Assembly: GCA_050331235.1 (NCBI GenBank)
Contig: JBHJHA010000024.1
Span: 1-55,906 of the forward strand
From: Leptolyngbyaceae cyanobacterium
GTDB lineage: Bacteria; Cyanobacteriota; Cyanobacteriia; Phormidesmidales; Phormidesmidaceae
Direction: 5' to 3'
DNA: 55,906 nucleotides
Shown: positions 39,765 through 52,539 of the stretch, in pieces
Layout of the letters: the number at the start of each line of letters is the position of its first letter
Numbering within the stretch: the first letter of the stretch is position 1
Translations under genes and position numbers: made by a program
Notes under the pieces: model-generated
The model's database searches: none
Seen by the model: only the letters and a program-made list of their open reading frames with translations
Told to the model about the DNA's origin: nothing

Positions 39765-40310
39765 TTATTGCAGATCAAATGAGTCAAGAAACGCTGCCGA
39801 CGTTCCGGCCTCTGGGCTGTTCTCAGGGGCAACTACCAGCACTTGATACAAACGATTATCGACTAGGTATATGTGAGAACTAATGGTCGCCGTTTCTCCC
39901 TGCTCGGCATCTGCACGAATCACCAGCGCTCTACCTGGATGACCCTCTAGCTCTAGTTCAGATTCGCTGATCAGAGTACCGCCCAGATTGCCAACCGCAC
40001 CGTCACGGCTGCTATTGAGCAAAACTTGAGGATCAGTTTGGTCAACGATTTCTTCCGGATAATCGGAATAGGCAACTACGTAGGCAGAGTCGCCAGTCTC
40101 AGCCGTAAAGGTGTGAATTTCTACTGGACCTACCGGTGTTTGTACGGACTGCTGAGTTTCTTCAAACGGTTCCGGAGTGGCAATGGAGAATTGCCCGGTC
40201 TCTGATGAAAAGGTTTCGGGTGTAGGCTGTCCGCGATCGCAGGCGGTCAAAACAAGGAGTCCGATTAGAAAAAGTTGACCAAGAAGATATCTCATCATAC
40301 GTCGTGTCAT
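39765..40310 (-). CDS. Putative lipoprotein
   Basis: Lipobox LTAC after a hydrophobic signal peptide. Confidence 0.75.
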   Translation of the reverse strand: MTRRMMRYLLGQLFLIGLLVLTACDRGQPTPETFSSETGQFSIATPEPFEETQQSVQTPVGPVEIHTFTAETGDSAYVVAYSDYPEEIVDQTDPQVLLNSSRDGAVGNLGGTLISESELELEGHPGRALVIRADAEQGETATISSHIYLVDNRLYQVLVVAPENSPEAGTSAAFLDSFDLQ

Positions 40311-40367
40311 TTTTAAGTTGAGGGGATTCAGAGCAAATTGACATTTACTTATCGACGAGAGGATGCT

Positions 40368-41513
40368 TCACTCATCCATCCCATCATCGATATCGTCATC
40401 TTCCAGGAAGTCAAGCTTATCGAGGCGATCCGCGATCTCATAGCGCAAATCTTCTAAAGATTGCTTGCGGCTTCGGCGCGACTCACGACGATATTTTTTC
40501 AACTCTAGACGAGGTTCTCGCTGAACTTGACCATCGTCAGCTGTTTTCAACTTAAAAGCAGCATCAGGAGTTGCCGAATCATAGGCGGTTTGGGTCTGAA
40601 CTTCGCACTCTTCTAACAACTGCCGGTAATCGTCATACCGCTCCCAATCATCGCCAATCGCACAGCCGGGCTCGCCACGGTGCAAACAATCGGTAAATTG
40701 ACAGCTTTGGCCTTGTAGCTGCGAGCGAATTTCGGGAAAGCAGTGGCCCAATGCCAATGGTGAGCAAGCAATATCCGGTTGGTTGAAGCCAGGAGTATCT
40801 GCTAACAGCCCACCTTGGGGTAACTCAAACAATTCAACATGTCGGGTGGTGTGACGGCCCCGCCCCAGTTTGCCAGAGACAGCGCTCACCCTCAGTTGAG
40901 CCGTTGGGATCAAAGCATTGATCAAACTTGACTTGCCTACACCCGAAGGACCTGAAACAACTGAAATACGATTTTTCAGAGCACCTTGCAATGTTTCCAA
41001 GGCTAATTTTCGGCGCACACTGATGAATTGTGCTCGATATCCCCATTGAGTTAGTCGGCGTTGCCAGTTTTGCTGGGTATCTGCATCAGCTAAATCACAC
41101 TTATTCAAGCACAGGCAAATATTCAATCCAGTAAGTTCGGCTTTGACCAAAAATCGCGTGAGCTGATGCGTATCGAGTCCAGGCTCAGAGAGAGCAAATA
41201 CCAATAAGATTTGATCGGCGTTGGCAATCGGAGGACGATCAAGCTGAGTTGTTCGTGGCGTCACTAGTGCGATCGCCCCTCGCTGGCCTTCCCAATCAGG
41301 TTCTTCGACTTGAACGCGATCGCCCACCATAACCTGTTGGCCTACTTTTTTGAGTCGAGCTCGCCGAGTACAAAGCAGGACGGGCGGTGTACTGGCCAAC
41401 TGCCAGGCCTCGCCATCTAAGCGCACCGAATAATAGTTTGCTTGTACAGCGACCACCGTACCCGATAGGGCATCCACCGTTGAAGAGTTAGCTCCAGTCA
41501 CAGGAGACGCCAT
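40368..41513 (-). CDS. rsgA: Small ribosomal subunit biogenesis GTPase
   Basis: NKCD, GPSGVGKSS, GRHTT, DTPG and a C-terminal CxF.DC.H..EPGC zinc site. Confidence 0.95.
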   Translation of the reverse strand: MASPVTGANSSTVDALSGTVVAVQANYYSVRLDGEAWQLASTPPVLLCTRRARLKKVGQQVMVGDRVQVEEPDWEGQRGAIALVTPRTTQLDRPPIANADQILLVFALSEPGLDTHQLTRFLVKAELTGLNICLCLNKCDLADADTQQNWQRRLTQWGYRAQFISVRRKLALETLQGALKNRISVVSGPSGVGKSSLINALIPTAQLRVSAVSGKLGRGRHTTRHVELFELPQGGLLADTPGFNQPDIACSPLALGHCFPEIRSQLQGQSCQFTDCLHRGEPGCAIGDDWERYDDYRQLLEECEVQTQTAYDSATPDAAFKLKTADDGQVQREPRLELKKYRRESRRSRKQSLEDLRYEIADRLDKLDFLEDDDIDDGMDE

Positions 41514-41528
41514 AAAAGTACGTCATAC

Positions 41529-41804
41529 CTAAGCATTACGAATCTGTAGTGCATGGTAGGCCCCTTGGTCGAGCAATTGTTCGATGATGTATCCTTCCAT
41601 CTTTAAACTGTCGGGAACCTGGGCAATGGGCTCGCCAGAGTCGAGCCAGACCTCTAGCAGCGCGCCTCGAGGCATTCTTTGCAGCTGTAGCTTAGTCTTC
41701 ACAAAATTAATCGGACATGGTGTGCCCCGTAAATCTAGCACCTGGTCAGGCGTAACACTTGGTTCAGGAGAAGTTTCTAGCGTCTCTGAGTTAATCTCGG
41801 TCAT
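41529..41804 (-). CDS. TusA-family sulfurtransferase
   Basis: LDLRGTPCP motif. Confidence 0.88.
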   Translation of the reverse strand: MTEINSETLETSPEPSVTPDQVLDLRGTPCPINFVKTKLQLQRMPRGALLEVWLDSGEPIAQVPDSLKMEGYIIEQLLDQGAYHALQIRNA

Positions 41805-42928
41805 CCGCGAAACAAGCCTCCTAGAAAGCCTTCAATGCCCCCACCTTTACTTACGCGATCGCCACGCATCTCAGCCAGCTTTTCTACAAGGTCACGTTCT
41901 TCCGGTTTCAACCGAGTCGGAATTTGCACCTGCACTGTAATCAAATGACTGCCACGGCTGACCGGATTACCCAACTTGGGCACGCCGCGATTTTCCAAAG
42001 TTAGAACAGTATTAGGTTGAGTCCCCGCAGGCACTTCTAAGTCAACTTTGCCGTCAACCGTAGAAACTTCGATCTTTGCCCCCAAAATTGCTTGCAGATA
42101 AGTAATCTTTAGATCAGACAGAATATTGATACCGTCACGACGGAATTGTTCGTCTTCCTCAACAAAAAGATAAACGTATAAATCACCGGCAGGTCCACCC
42201 TTTTGACCGGCATCGCCTTCGTTCGAGACCCGCAGACGGGTACCGTTATCCACGCCTGCTGGAATCGTAATTTTGAGTTTCTTACTCTCTTGGCGCTGTC
42301 CACTGCCACCACAAGTTTCGCACCGCTCTTCCACCATCTCTCCCGTTCCGTTACAGGTGGGACACGCGGAAACCTGAGCAAAGCTCCCAAATGGGGTGCG
42401 AGTGGTCCGACGGACTTGCCCATTGCCGTTACAGGTCGTACAGGTAACAGGTCGGGTACCGGGCTTAGCTCCGCTACCGTTGCAAGTATTACAGGTTTCT
42501 AAATGGCCAATTTTAATTTCCTTTTCTCCCCCAAACACCGCTTCTTTAAAGCCAAGCTTGAGATCGAGTCTAAGGTCATCTCCCCGAGTGGGGCCACGAC
42601 GCCGACTACCGCCAGCAGCTCCACCAAACCCACCAAAGAAACTCTCAAAGATATCGGCAAATCCACCCATATCAGAGAAATCTTGAACACCAGGTCCGCC
42701 GGCAGCACTGCCAACGCCTGCTTCGCCAAAGCGGTCATAACGAGAGCGCATATCAGGCTCGGAAAGCACTTCGTAAGCACGATTCACTTCATTAAAGCGG
42801 TCTTCTGCGCCTTCTTCCATGATGACATCTGGGTGATACTTGCGAGCGCGGCGACGATAGGCTCGTTTTATTTCCTCTTGGTCGGCGCTGCGAGAAACAC
42901 CAAGCAGTTCGTAGTAATCACGGGCCAT
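41801..42928 (-). CDS. dnaJ: Class A J-domain chaperone DnaJ
   Basis: J domain with HPD, G/F-rich region and four CxxCxGxG repeats. Confidence 0.95.
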   Translation of the reverse strand: MARDYYELLGVSRSADQEEIKRAYRRRARKYHPDVIMEEGAEDRFNEVNRAYEVLSEPDMRSRYDRFGEAGVGSAAGGPGVQDFSDMGGFADIFESFFGGFGGAAGGSRRRGPTRGDDLRLDLKLGFKEAVFGGEKEIKIGHLETCNTCNGSGAKPGTRPVTCTTCNGNGQVRRTTRTPFGSFAQVSACPTCNGTGEMVEERCETCGGSGQRQESKKLKITIPAGVDNGTRLRVSNEGDAGQKGGPAGDLYVYLFVEEDEQFRRDGINILSDLKITYLQAILGAKIEVSTVDGKVDLEVPAGTQPNTVLTLENRGVPKLGNPVSRGSHLITVQVQIPTRLKPEERDLVEKLAEMRGDRVSKGGGIEGFLGGLFRG

Positions 42929-43027
42929 GGGCGTCTATTGCCAATGCTAAATCAACTTTACGATACATTAACCCATTCTATGGGACACCGACGGAGTTGA
43001 GTGAACTTATCACCCAACTCCTTTGCT

Positions 43028-45049
<2,022 letters not shown>

Positions 45050-45159
45050 TTACGCAACTTAAACGTCGGCTCACATGTCCGCAGCAATGATGCATCACCA
45101 GGAAATGTTGACGGCATAGCCCCTTGTGTTTCAGCATTCCCAACAATACCCCTGAGTTT

Positions 45160-45194
45160 CTAACCAAGTTGTCTTTTTTTGACAATTTGGTTAG
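45160..45194. other. 14-bp stem-loop between grpE and dnaK
   Basis: CTAACCAAGTTGTC-T7-GACAATTTGGTTAG, one mismatch. Confidence 0.55.
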
Positions 45195-45340
45195 TCACCG
45201 TCTAACGCAATACCTTCTACGTGCCAGTATCCAGCCGTAGCAGCGTTGTCTATTGAAATAGTCAATGAAGACACTCTGATTAAAGAATGACGCTTTTTTA
45301 CTCTACTGAGTCAACCTGACAAACACACCCTAGCGTTAAT

Positions 45341-46051
45341 TTAATCAGAGGAGGTATCTGTGCTATCGGGCTCAGCCTCGGCCGCGACTTTAACCATGGC
45401 ATGGCGCAGCACGCGATCGCCAATCATATAACCCCGCACGAGCTCTTCCATCACTGTCCCTTCTGGGTGCTCGTTGGTTGGTTCACGCATAACGGCTTCA
45501 TGCAGATTAGGATCGAACTCCTGTCCCTCTGCCCGCATCGCCGATACACCCAAGCGCTTGAGACAATCGACCAGCTGCTTGTAAACGCTTTGATAGCTTT
45601 TATGGATCGTCATCTCCGTCTCAGTCTGAGGCTTAATCTGAGCGCGAGCCCTTTCAAAGTTATCAATCACAGGCAAAAGTTCTGAGATTGTGTTGCGCTT
45701 GACCTGCACCTCTTGATCTTCGCGCTCCTTCGTAATGCGCCGACGATAATTCTCAAAGTCAGCAGCAATGCGCATATATTGACTATTGCGATCTTCTAAC
45801 TGCGCTTTGAGACTAGCCAGCTGAGACTGCAACTCTGGGTTGCTCGACTCATCGCTAGGTGATTCTGAGTTTGCCTCAGTCTCTTTGGCAACAAAATCCT
45901 CAAGGCTACTTTCTGCAAAAGCTCCTTCCACATCAACGGCAGCATCTTCTACTCGAAGCTCTTCCACCACTTCAACGGGCTTTTCCTCGGCGACGTCGAT
46001 TTTATCTTGAGAAGACTCGGCGGGACGAGATTCATCAACCATATTGCTCAC
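45341..46051 (-). CDS. grpE: Nucleotide exchange factor GrpE
   Basis: R..ADFENYRRR, LLPVIDNFERA, FDPNLHEAV, RGY..GDRVLRHAMVKVA. Confidence 0.96.
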   Translation of the reverse strand: MSNMVDESRPAESSQDKIDVAEEKPVEVVEELRVEDAAVDVEGAFAESSLEDFVAKETEANSESPSDESSNPELQSQLASLKAQLEDRNSQYMRIAADFENYRRRITKEREDQEVQVKRNTISELLPVIDNFERARAQIKPQTETEMTIHKSYQSVYKQLVDCLKRLGVSAMRAEGQEFDPNLHEAVMREPTNEHPEGTVMEELVRGYMIGDRVLRHAMVKVAAEAEPDSTDTSSD

Positions 46052-46552
46052 AACCTACAAGTTCTACACAACTACAGTGACTTACTGCTAATCTTCCTAA
46101 AAACGCTAGGAACTATTCAGTTGAGAATAGCCTTTAAAACCTATCAGCTTATTGAGTAAGTAGGTCATTAATGTTAGCGACTGTCTTCCTAAAATCACAG
46201 CCCCATCAGCAACGATCAACCGCTTTCTCTCCTCCCAAACCTAGCTCAGTCGCCGGGATATCAACAAGCTCGTAGACATTTGACCTTGATCATCGTGGAG
46301 CGCCTATGGGCAAGAAAGATTCACCTTGCCTCATGGTCTTATTCAATAGCAGCGCTGACAGAGTAGGACGAGCTGCCAAGTTGACTCAAATCAAGCCCAT
46401 GGCAATATTCTCCCTAAACAATCGTTGCTGATCCAGATCCCAACTATTGCAGCTAAGGCTATCATCATGTCATCTGCGAGTCTCCAAAGTCCATACGCTT
46501 AGGCAGAAAAGCTCAGTTTCAGCTGTCTACATGAGCTAAATTGATGCCCGAA

Positions 46553-46561
46553 GGGAACAAT
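46553..46561 (+). promoter_or_regulatory. Putative group-3 sigma (SigJ-type) element GGGAACAAT upstream of pilB
   Basis: Matches the GGGAAnnnT pattern, about 70 nt upstream of the ATG at 46632. Confidence 0.4.
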
Positions 46562-46631
46562 AGCCCAGTGCATCTCCACCATGTCCTTTGGCATCTTGCC
46601 ACTCACTCAACCCAGAATATTTGCATCCGCT

Positions 46632-48635
46632 ATGACGAATTCTTCACAGCGCCGCGCTCTCGTTCTGCAACGCAGCTTTTCACCCTTTGGCAATAAGCTC
46701 ATTCAATCAGGCTTGGTCGATGGGGAGCAAATGCAGCAGGCCTTGGCGGAAAGCCGTCGATCAGGCAGGGCTTTAACCGATGTTTTAGAATCCCTAACGG
46801 GACAGCAGCTTTCTCCTGAGTTAATTCGTCAGTACAAGAAACAGCAGCTATTCGAGCTCAAAATTTTATACGGCATCGAATCCGTAGATCCGGAACTTGA
46901 TTCTCTCTCTTCTGATCAAGTTGGTCAGTTTATCGACACCTTGATACCAGTCGATATCTGCCGTCGCCATCAGCTTGTGCCCCTGTCCCGTGAAGATGGT
47001 GACGAGCCTTCAGTTCTGGTGGCAATGGTTGATCCAGAGAATTTGGAAGCCCAGGACGATCTCAATCGTATTTTTCGTCCTCAAGGACTACGGCTGCGGC
47101 GCATGGTCATCACTGTAGAAGACTACCAGCGGCTCATGGCCGGCTATCTCGACGAAAAGGTCGCCCGTGAAAAACAGCGGGATATGGAACAGGCCGTTGA
47201 CGTTCAGGCTAACTTAGAAGACTTAGACTTCGACGAATCTGCCCTGCAAGATGTCAACGAAGAAGAAGCGGACCTAAACGAAGCTTTGCAGGATGCGGGC
47301 GCTGCGCCCGTCATTGCGTTGGTCAATAAGGTGTTGGTCAAAGCGCTCCAGGATGGCATTTCCGACATCCATATTGAGCCCCAGGAAGAGTTTTTGCGCA
47401 TTCGTTTTCGGAAAGATGGCGTGCTACGAGAAGCCTTTCCCAAATTCCCGAAAAAAATTATTCCTGCCGTCACTGCTCGCTTTAAAATTATTGCCGAACT
47501 CGACATCGCGGAACGCCGCATGCCGCAAGATGGCCGCATCCGCCGCATGTTCCAGGGTCGTAAAATCGACTTTCGGGTTAGTACATTGCCCAGCCGATAT
47601 GGTGAAAAGGTCGTTCTTCGAATTTTGGACAACTCCTCTACCCAATTGGGGATCGACAAGCTCATTACCGACGAAGCCTCTCTCAATGCCGTACGAGAGA
47701 TGGCCTCTCGACCTTATGGCTTGATTTTAGTAACGGGACCAACCGGATCAGGTAAGACAACGACACTCTACTCGCTACTGGCGGAGCGTAACGATCCGGG
47801 CATTAACATCAGCACAGCCGAAGATCCCATCGAGTACGCCTTGCCTGGTATTACCCAGGTCCAGGTGATTCGTGAAAAAGGGATGAACTTTGCGTCCATT
47901 TTGCGCGCATTTTTGCGGCAGGATCCAGATGTGATTCTGGTGGGTGAGACCCGGGATCCTGAGACAGCTAAGACTGCCATTGAGGCAGCCTTGACCGGGC
48001 ACTTAGTTTTAACGACATTGCATACAAATGATGCCGCTGGGGCGATCGCCCGTTTAGAAGAGATGGGTATGGAAGGTTTCCAAGTCTCCAGTTCTCTCAT
48101 CGGGGTCCTCGCTCAGCGACTCATGCGGAAGGTCTGCTCTGACTGTAGTATTCCCTATACGCCCAGCGCAGAAGAGCTAGCCCGCTTTGGTCTGACCGCT
48201 GCCGGTGATTCAGAACTTACCATTTATAAAGCCAATGTCTTGTCCGTCGACCAAATCACTGAAGCGCGATCGGCAGGAACTTTTTGTGAAACATGCCAAG
48301 GAGTTGGCTACAAAGGTCGCGTTGGCGTTTACGAGGTAATGCAGATGACAGAAACACTGCAGAAACTCGTTTCTGATGGTGTTCCCACTGAGCAAATCAA
48401 AGAAACTGCGGTCGAGGAAGGGATGAAAACTCTCTTGGCCTACAGTTTAAATTTGGTGCGCCAGGGATACACCACCCTAGATGAGGTAGAACGAGTAACG
48501 TTTACTGATACCGGACTAGAGGCGGAGCTCAAAGCTCGGCGTAAAAGTTCCCTCACCTGTGAAAGCTGCCATGCCCAGTTACAGCAAGACTGGCTAGATT
48601 GCCCCTATTGCCTGACTCCACGCTTTAAGTCCTAG
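46632..48635 (+). CDS. pilB: Type IV pilus extension ATPase
   Basis: SDIHIEP, PQDGRI, GPTGSGKTT, LRQDPDVILVGE, TGHLVLTTLHTN and a cyanobacterial C-terminal CxxC...CPYC. Confidence 0.95.
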   Translation: MTNSSQRRALVLQRSFSPFGNKLIQSGLVDGEQMQQALAESRRSGRALTDVLESLTGQQLSPELIRQYKKQQLFELKILYGIESVDPELDSLSSDQVGQFIDTLIPVDICRRHQLVPLSREDGDEPSVLVAMVDPENLEAQDDLNRIFRPQGLRLRRMVITVEDYQRLMAGYLDEKVAREKQRDMEQAVDVQANLEDLDFDESALQDVNEEEADLNEALQDAGAAPVIALVNKVLVKALQDGISDIHIEPQEEFLRIRFRKDGVLREAFPKFPKKIIPAVTARFKIIAELDIAERRMPQDGRIRRMFQGRKIDFRVSTLPSRYGEKVVLRILDNSSTQLGIDKLITDEASLNAVREMASRPYGLILVTGPTGSGKTTTLYSLLAERNDPGINISTAEDPIEYALPGITQVQVIREKGMNFASILRAFLRQDPDVILVGETRDPETAKTAIEAALTGHLVLTTLHTNDAAGAIARLEEMGMEGFQVSSSLIGVLAQRLMRKVCSDCSIPYTPSAEELARFGLTAAGDSELTIYKANVLSVDQITEARSAGTFCETCQGVGYKGRVGVYEVMQMTETLQKLVSDGVPTEQIKETAVEEGMKTLLAYSLNLVRQGYTTLDEVERVTFTDTGLEAELKARRKSSLTCESCHAQLQQDWLDCPYCLTPRFKS

Positions 48636-48705
48636 GCGAGGATATCCCAAGGATCCCTGCCGACTAGACCCATGACCAAACGACAATCAAACACAAGGTG
48701 AAGCT

Positions 48706-49833
48706 ATGGAATTGATGATTGAAGACCTGATGGAAGAAGTCATCGAGCGCGGTGGGTCTGACCTCCATCTATCGGCTGGACTGCCGCCCTACATTCGCAT
48801 CAGTGGCAAACTCACACCCACTGAACACGAGCCCATGAGTCCGGAGGCTTGCCAAAGGCTGATTTTCAGCATGTTGAATAATAGTCAGCGTAAGGCCCTG
48901 GAGCAAAACTGGGAACTAGATTGTTCTTACGGTGTGAAAGGCCTAGCTCGGTTTCGAGTCAATGTTTATAAAGACCGCGGAACCTATGCCGCATGTTTGC
49001 GGGCACTCAGTTCCAAAATTCCTAGCATGGATCTATTGGGTCTGCCTCCTATCGTGCGGGAGCTATCCGAAAAACCTCGCGGGTTGATTTTGGTGACGGG
49101 ACCTACGGGTTCGGGTAAATCCACCACCCTGGCTTCCATGATCAACGAGATCAATATGACTCGCCCTGAGCATATTTTGACCGTTGAAGATCCCATCGAA
49201 TTCGTCTATGAGCCAATCAAAAGTCTGATTCACCAACGGCAAATTGGAGAAGATACCAAGAGCTTTGGTAACGCACTCAAAGCCGCCCTACGGGAAGATC
49301 CAGACGTCATTCTAGTAGGTGAGATGCGGGATTTAGAAACGATTTCACTCGCAATTTCAGCCGCTGAAACCGGTCACCTAGTGTTTGGCACACTGCACAC
49401 TAGTTCGGCCTCCCAAACGGTTGATCGCATGGTCGATGTCTTCCCACCCGAGCAACAAACTCAAGTCAGGGTGCAGCTATCTAACTCATTAGTTGCCGTT
49501 TTGAGTCAGTGCCTTGTCCCCAAGGCCAATCCTAAGCCAGGTGAGTTTGGTCGAGTGATGGCGCAGGAAATTATGGTGGTCACCCCAGCAATCTCTAACC
49601 TCATCCGAGAAGGTAAGACAGCACAAATCTACGGTGCCATTCAAACTGGTGGTCGCTTGGCGATGCAAACCTTAGAGAAAGTTTTGGCTGACTTATACAA
49701 AGCAGGTTCAATTTCCTTTGAAGCTGCAATGTCCAAAACTTCTCGGCCAGAAGAGCTCCAGCGTTTACTCGAGGGTAGTGGCGGTGCTGCCGCTGCTGGT
49801 AAGCAAGCCGCCGCCGCTGGACGTCGTCGTTAA
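48706..49833 (+). CDS. pilT: Type IV pilus retraction ATPase
   Basis: GSDLHL, GPTGSGKSTT, LREDPDVILVGEMRD, AISNLIRE. Confidence 0.96.
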   Translation: MELMIEDLMEEVIERGGSDLHLSAGLPPYIRISGKLTPTEHEPMSPEACQRLIFSMLNNSQRKALEQNWELDCSYGVKGLARFRVNVYKDRGTYAACLRALSSKIPSMDLLGLPPIVRELSEKPRGLILVTGPTGSGKSTTLASMINEINMTRPEHILTVEDPIEFVYEPIKSLIHQRQIGEDTKSFGNALKAALREDPDVILVGEMRDLETISLAISAAETGHLVFGTLHTSSASQTVDRMVDVFPPEQQTQVRVQLSNSLVAVLSQCLVPKANPKPGEFGRVMAQEIMVVTPAISNLIREGKTAQIYGAIQTGGRLAMQTLEKVLADLYKAGSISFEAAMSKTSRPEELQRLLEGSGGAAAAGKQAAAAGRRR

Positions 49834-49844
49834 ACCTCGAGTAG

Positions 49845-49897
49845 GCGTCGCACTCATGCTCATGACTTCAGGAGATATTTGAGCTTGGGTGCGACGC
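49845..49897 (+). other. 18-bp stem-loop between pilT and pilC
   Basis: GCGTCGCACTCATGCTCA...TGAGCTTGGGTGCGACGC with one G-U pair and one mismatch; no U tract. Confidence 0.6.
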
Positions 49898-50060
49898 ACC
49901 TCTTCAGCCCCCCAAAAAGCAATTTCACTTTATGCGCTGTGTGCTAACGTATCGGCATCTCAACAATCTTAGGAAGCACGCAGCTCTCTCAATCGGTCGC
50001 TCCCGTAGGATGTTGCCCATTGCCAAAAGACCGACTTCTCACTATTGATGCCTAAAGATT

Positions 50061-51281
50061 ATGCCTACTTACGTTGCTACTGGACGAGACAATGCCGGGC
50101 GAGAACGCAAAGAGAAAGTCTCTGCGGCAAACCCCAACGAAGCCCGTAACTTATTAAAAGATCAAGGTCTATTCATTCAAGATCTCAAAGAAGAACGTGG
50201 TTTCAGCCTTGATTTCAACGAGCTCAAGCTAGCAATGACCTCTGTGTCCGTTAAGGATAAGGCAGTCTTCTCACGTCAGTTTGCGGCGCTGGTCAACGCG
50301 GGGGTCGCCCTTGTCAGAGGGCTAGGTGTGCTGTCGGAAGAATGTCCAAATCCGAAGCTAAAGCGAGCATTGGAGGAGATCAATAGCGATGTCCAGCAGG
50401 GTACAAGCCTATCAGACTCGATGAGTAAGCATCCTAGCTGCTTTGACAAGTTATATGTGAGCTTAGTGCAGGCGGGTGAAGTCGGCGGGGTCTTAGACGA
50501 GGTTCTCAATCGTCTTGCCAAATTGCTAGAGGATCTGAACCGATTGCAGAATCAGATCAAGTCAGCAATGGCTTATCCGGTCACAGTATCTATATTGGCA
50601 ACGGTCATTTTCGTAGCAATGACGGTCTTTTTGCTGCCCATCTTCGCGGAGATTTTTGAGGAGCTCAATGCTCAGCTTCCCCTATTTACCCGCATTATGC
50701 TGCAAATCAGCGCATTCTTGCGGCGACCGCTAAATTGGGCCATTATGGCTGCCGTCTTTTTTGGGGCAGGTTTTGCCTATCGGCGTTACTATGCAACCGA
50801 TAGTGGCGAGCGTAATATTGACCGATTGTTTCTGCAGTTGCCTTTATTTGGGGATTTAGTACAAAAAACGGCAACGGCGCGCTTTTGTCGAACTTTTGGT
50901 TCGCTGTCACGCTCAGGTGTTCCTATCCTTACCTCCCTAGAGATTGTGCGCGATACCGCTGGAAATCGGGTAATTGCCGATGCGATTGATGAAGCGAGAG
51001 ATGAAATTCAGACAGGCGGCATGATTAGCCTAGCGCTACAAAAACACCGAGTATTTCCGGCAATGGCGATTCAAATGATTAGCATTGGCGAAGAAACTGG
51101 TGAACTTGATCAAATGCTGATGAAGGTCGCCGACTTTTACGAGGATGAGGTTGAGCAGGCGGTAAAGGCCCTAACTAGTATCATGGAGCCCTTCATGATT
51201 GTCATTCTAGGTGGCATGGTAGGTTCAATCTTGGTTTCCATGTATTTGCCAATGTTCAAAATCATGGAAGTTGTGGGTTAA
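50061..51281 (+). CDS. pilC: Type IV pilus platform protein (T2SS F family)
   Basis: FSRQFA.L..AG, AGE.GG.L, AM.YP, IGEETGELD.ML, MEP. Confidence 0.95.
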   Translation: MPTYVATGRDNAGRERKEKVSAANPNEARNLLKDQGLFIQDLKEERGFSLDFNELKLAMTSVSVKDKAVFSRQFAALVNAGVALVRGLGVLSEECPNPKLKRALEEINSDVQQGTSLSDSMSKHPSCFDKLYVSLVQAGEVGGVLDEVLNRLAKLLEDLNRLQNQIKSAMAYPVTVSILATVIFVAMTVFLLPIFAEIFEELNAQLPLFTRIMLQISAFLRRPLNWAIMAAVFFGAGFAYRRYYATDSGERNIDRLFLQLPLFGDLVQKTATARFCRTFGSLSRSGVPILTSLEIVRDTAGNRVIADAIDEARDEIQTGGMISLALQKHRVFPAMAIQMISIGEETGELDQMLMKVADFYEDEVEQAVKALTSIMEPFMIVILGGMVGSILVSMYLPMFKIMEVVG

Positions 51282-51441
51282 ACAATATCCCTTAAGAATG
51301 ATTACTTCTGTATAGCTTCTGCTAGATGTATTAGCCGTGGCGATCGCCCACACTATTGTTGGCAAGGTTGATGCCTTTAGTATGGGCAGTTGCCAAGCTG
51401 ACACCTTGCTGTCTTGCCAGTGAAATAGCAGAGGTTTACTG

Positions 51442-51930
51442 ATGACTACCTACAGTGACGCTGTCAACAATACCGACAGTGCCATTCAAACTTTTCAAGA
51501 ATTGACCGTCGACGAGCAACTCGCTTGGCTTTGGTTTATTTACAAAAAGATGGGCAGTTCGATTACTCCCGCGGCTCCCGGTGCAGCCGCTTCCAACATC
51601 GCCGAAGGGCTCTTTAACCAAGTTAAAGGGCAGTCTCAAGAGGCTCAGCTGGAGTCGATGCGCGCGATCGCGCGTCAGGACTCAGATAACCTTATTAGCC
51701 GCGAATATGGCTCCCTCAGCTCAGACACTAAATTAGCTTTTTGGTATGCGTTAGCAATTGGTATGGATCAGGGCAGCATTATTGGTATGCCAGATGACTA
51801 TGCCTTGGGCGAGAAAGGGAAGGAACTACTGGCGGCAGCAGAATCATCCGATTTTGAAACCCAAATCACGTTGCTCAGAAACGCCGTTGATCCCATGGGA
51901 GCTGCTCCTGAAGCTGGATCCGCAGTTTAG
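51442..51930 (+). CDS. Helical carotenoid protein (orange carotenoid protein N-terminal domain homolog)
   Basis: DEQLA.LWF.Y..MG.SITPAAPG, KL.FWY.LA..M, QIT.LRN.V..MG. Confidence 0.9.
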   Translation: MTTYSDAVNNTDSAIQTFQELTVDEQLAWLWFIYKKMGSSITPAAPGAAASNIAEGLFNQVKGQSQEAQLESMRAIARQDSDNLISREYGSLSSDTKLAFWYALAIGMDQGSIIGMPDDYALGEKGKELLAAAESSDFETQITLLRNAVDPMGAAPEAGSAV

Positions 51931-52539
51931 GAAATTGCTAGATTTTGCTGATTCCCAGCGAATATCTCCCTAGTAACAGGTAAGTACGAGTGAACCGGGA
52001 AGCAATTTATTTCAATATTTATCTTCCCCTCGCCGTAGTGGAGCAACAATCCACTGCGGCGATTCATTTAGTGAGCATTCCAGGCAGATATTGTGTTGCA
52101 AGACCCTGTTAGAGAAAGATTCAACAAAGGTTTTTCGTGTTCTGCTTCGTCTGCCTAGTAACTCATTGCCGCAAAATCTTGATAATGTCTGCAACGGCGA
52201 TCGCTACTGAGTCGTCAATTCAATGCTCATCCGTAACCGGATCAGCTAGCCCAAAACCACCCCCCTCACAAAGCCTCATCGAAAAATACAGTAATTTCAT
52301 TCGTTGACGATTGAACTGCTTGACGGTTGTCTCTACCAACAACTGGGTAGATACCGTTACATATTTCGGTCATAACAATTTACAATTAGCAATGCTGCCA
52401 ATTATTGAAGTTAGCGTGGGTATGTTCTGACAGCCAGAGTGCATACGTCCCTCATTGAGGCAGCAAAGATACCTTTCACATGACTATCATCATTAATGAT
52501 GGTCATATCGGTTTGTCGCACAGAAACTAGAGAGCAGTT

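Noticed and set aside
46052..46631. CIRCE (HrcA) operator upstream of grpE-dnaK-dnaJ
   Set aside because: No TTAGCACTC-N9-GAGTGCTAA match found.
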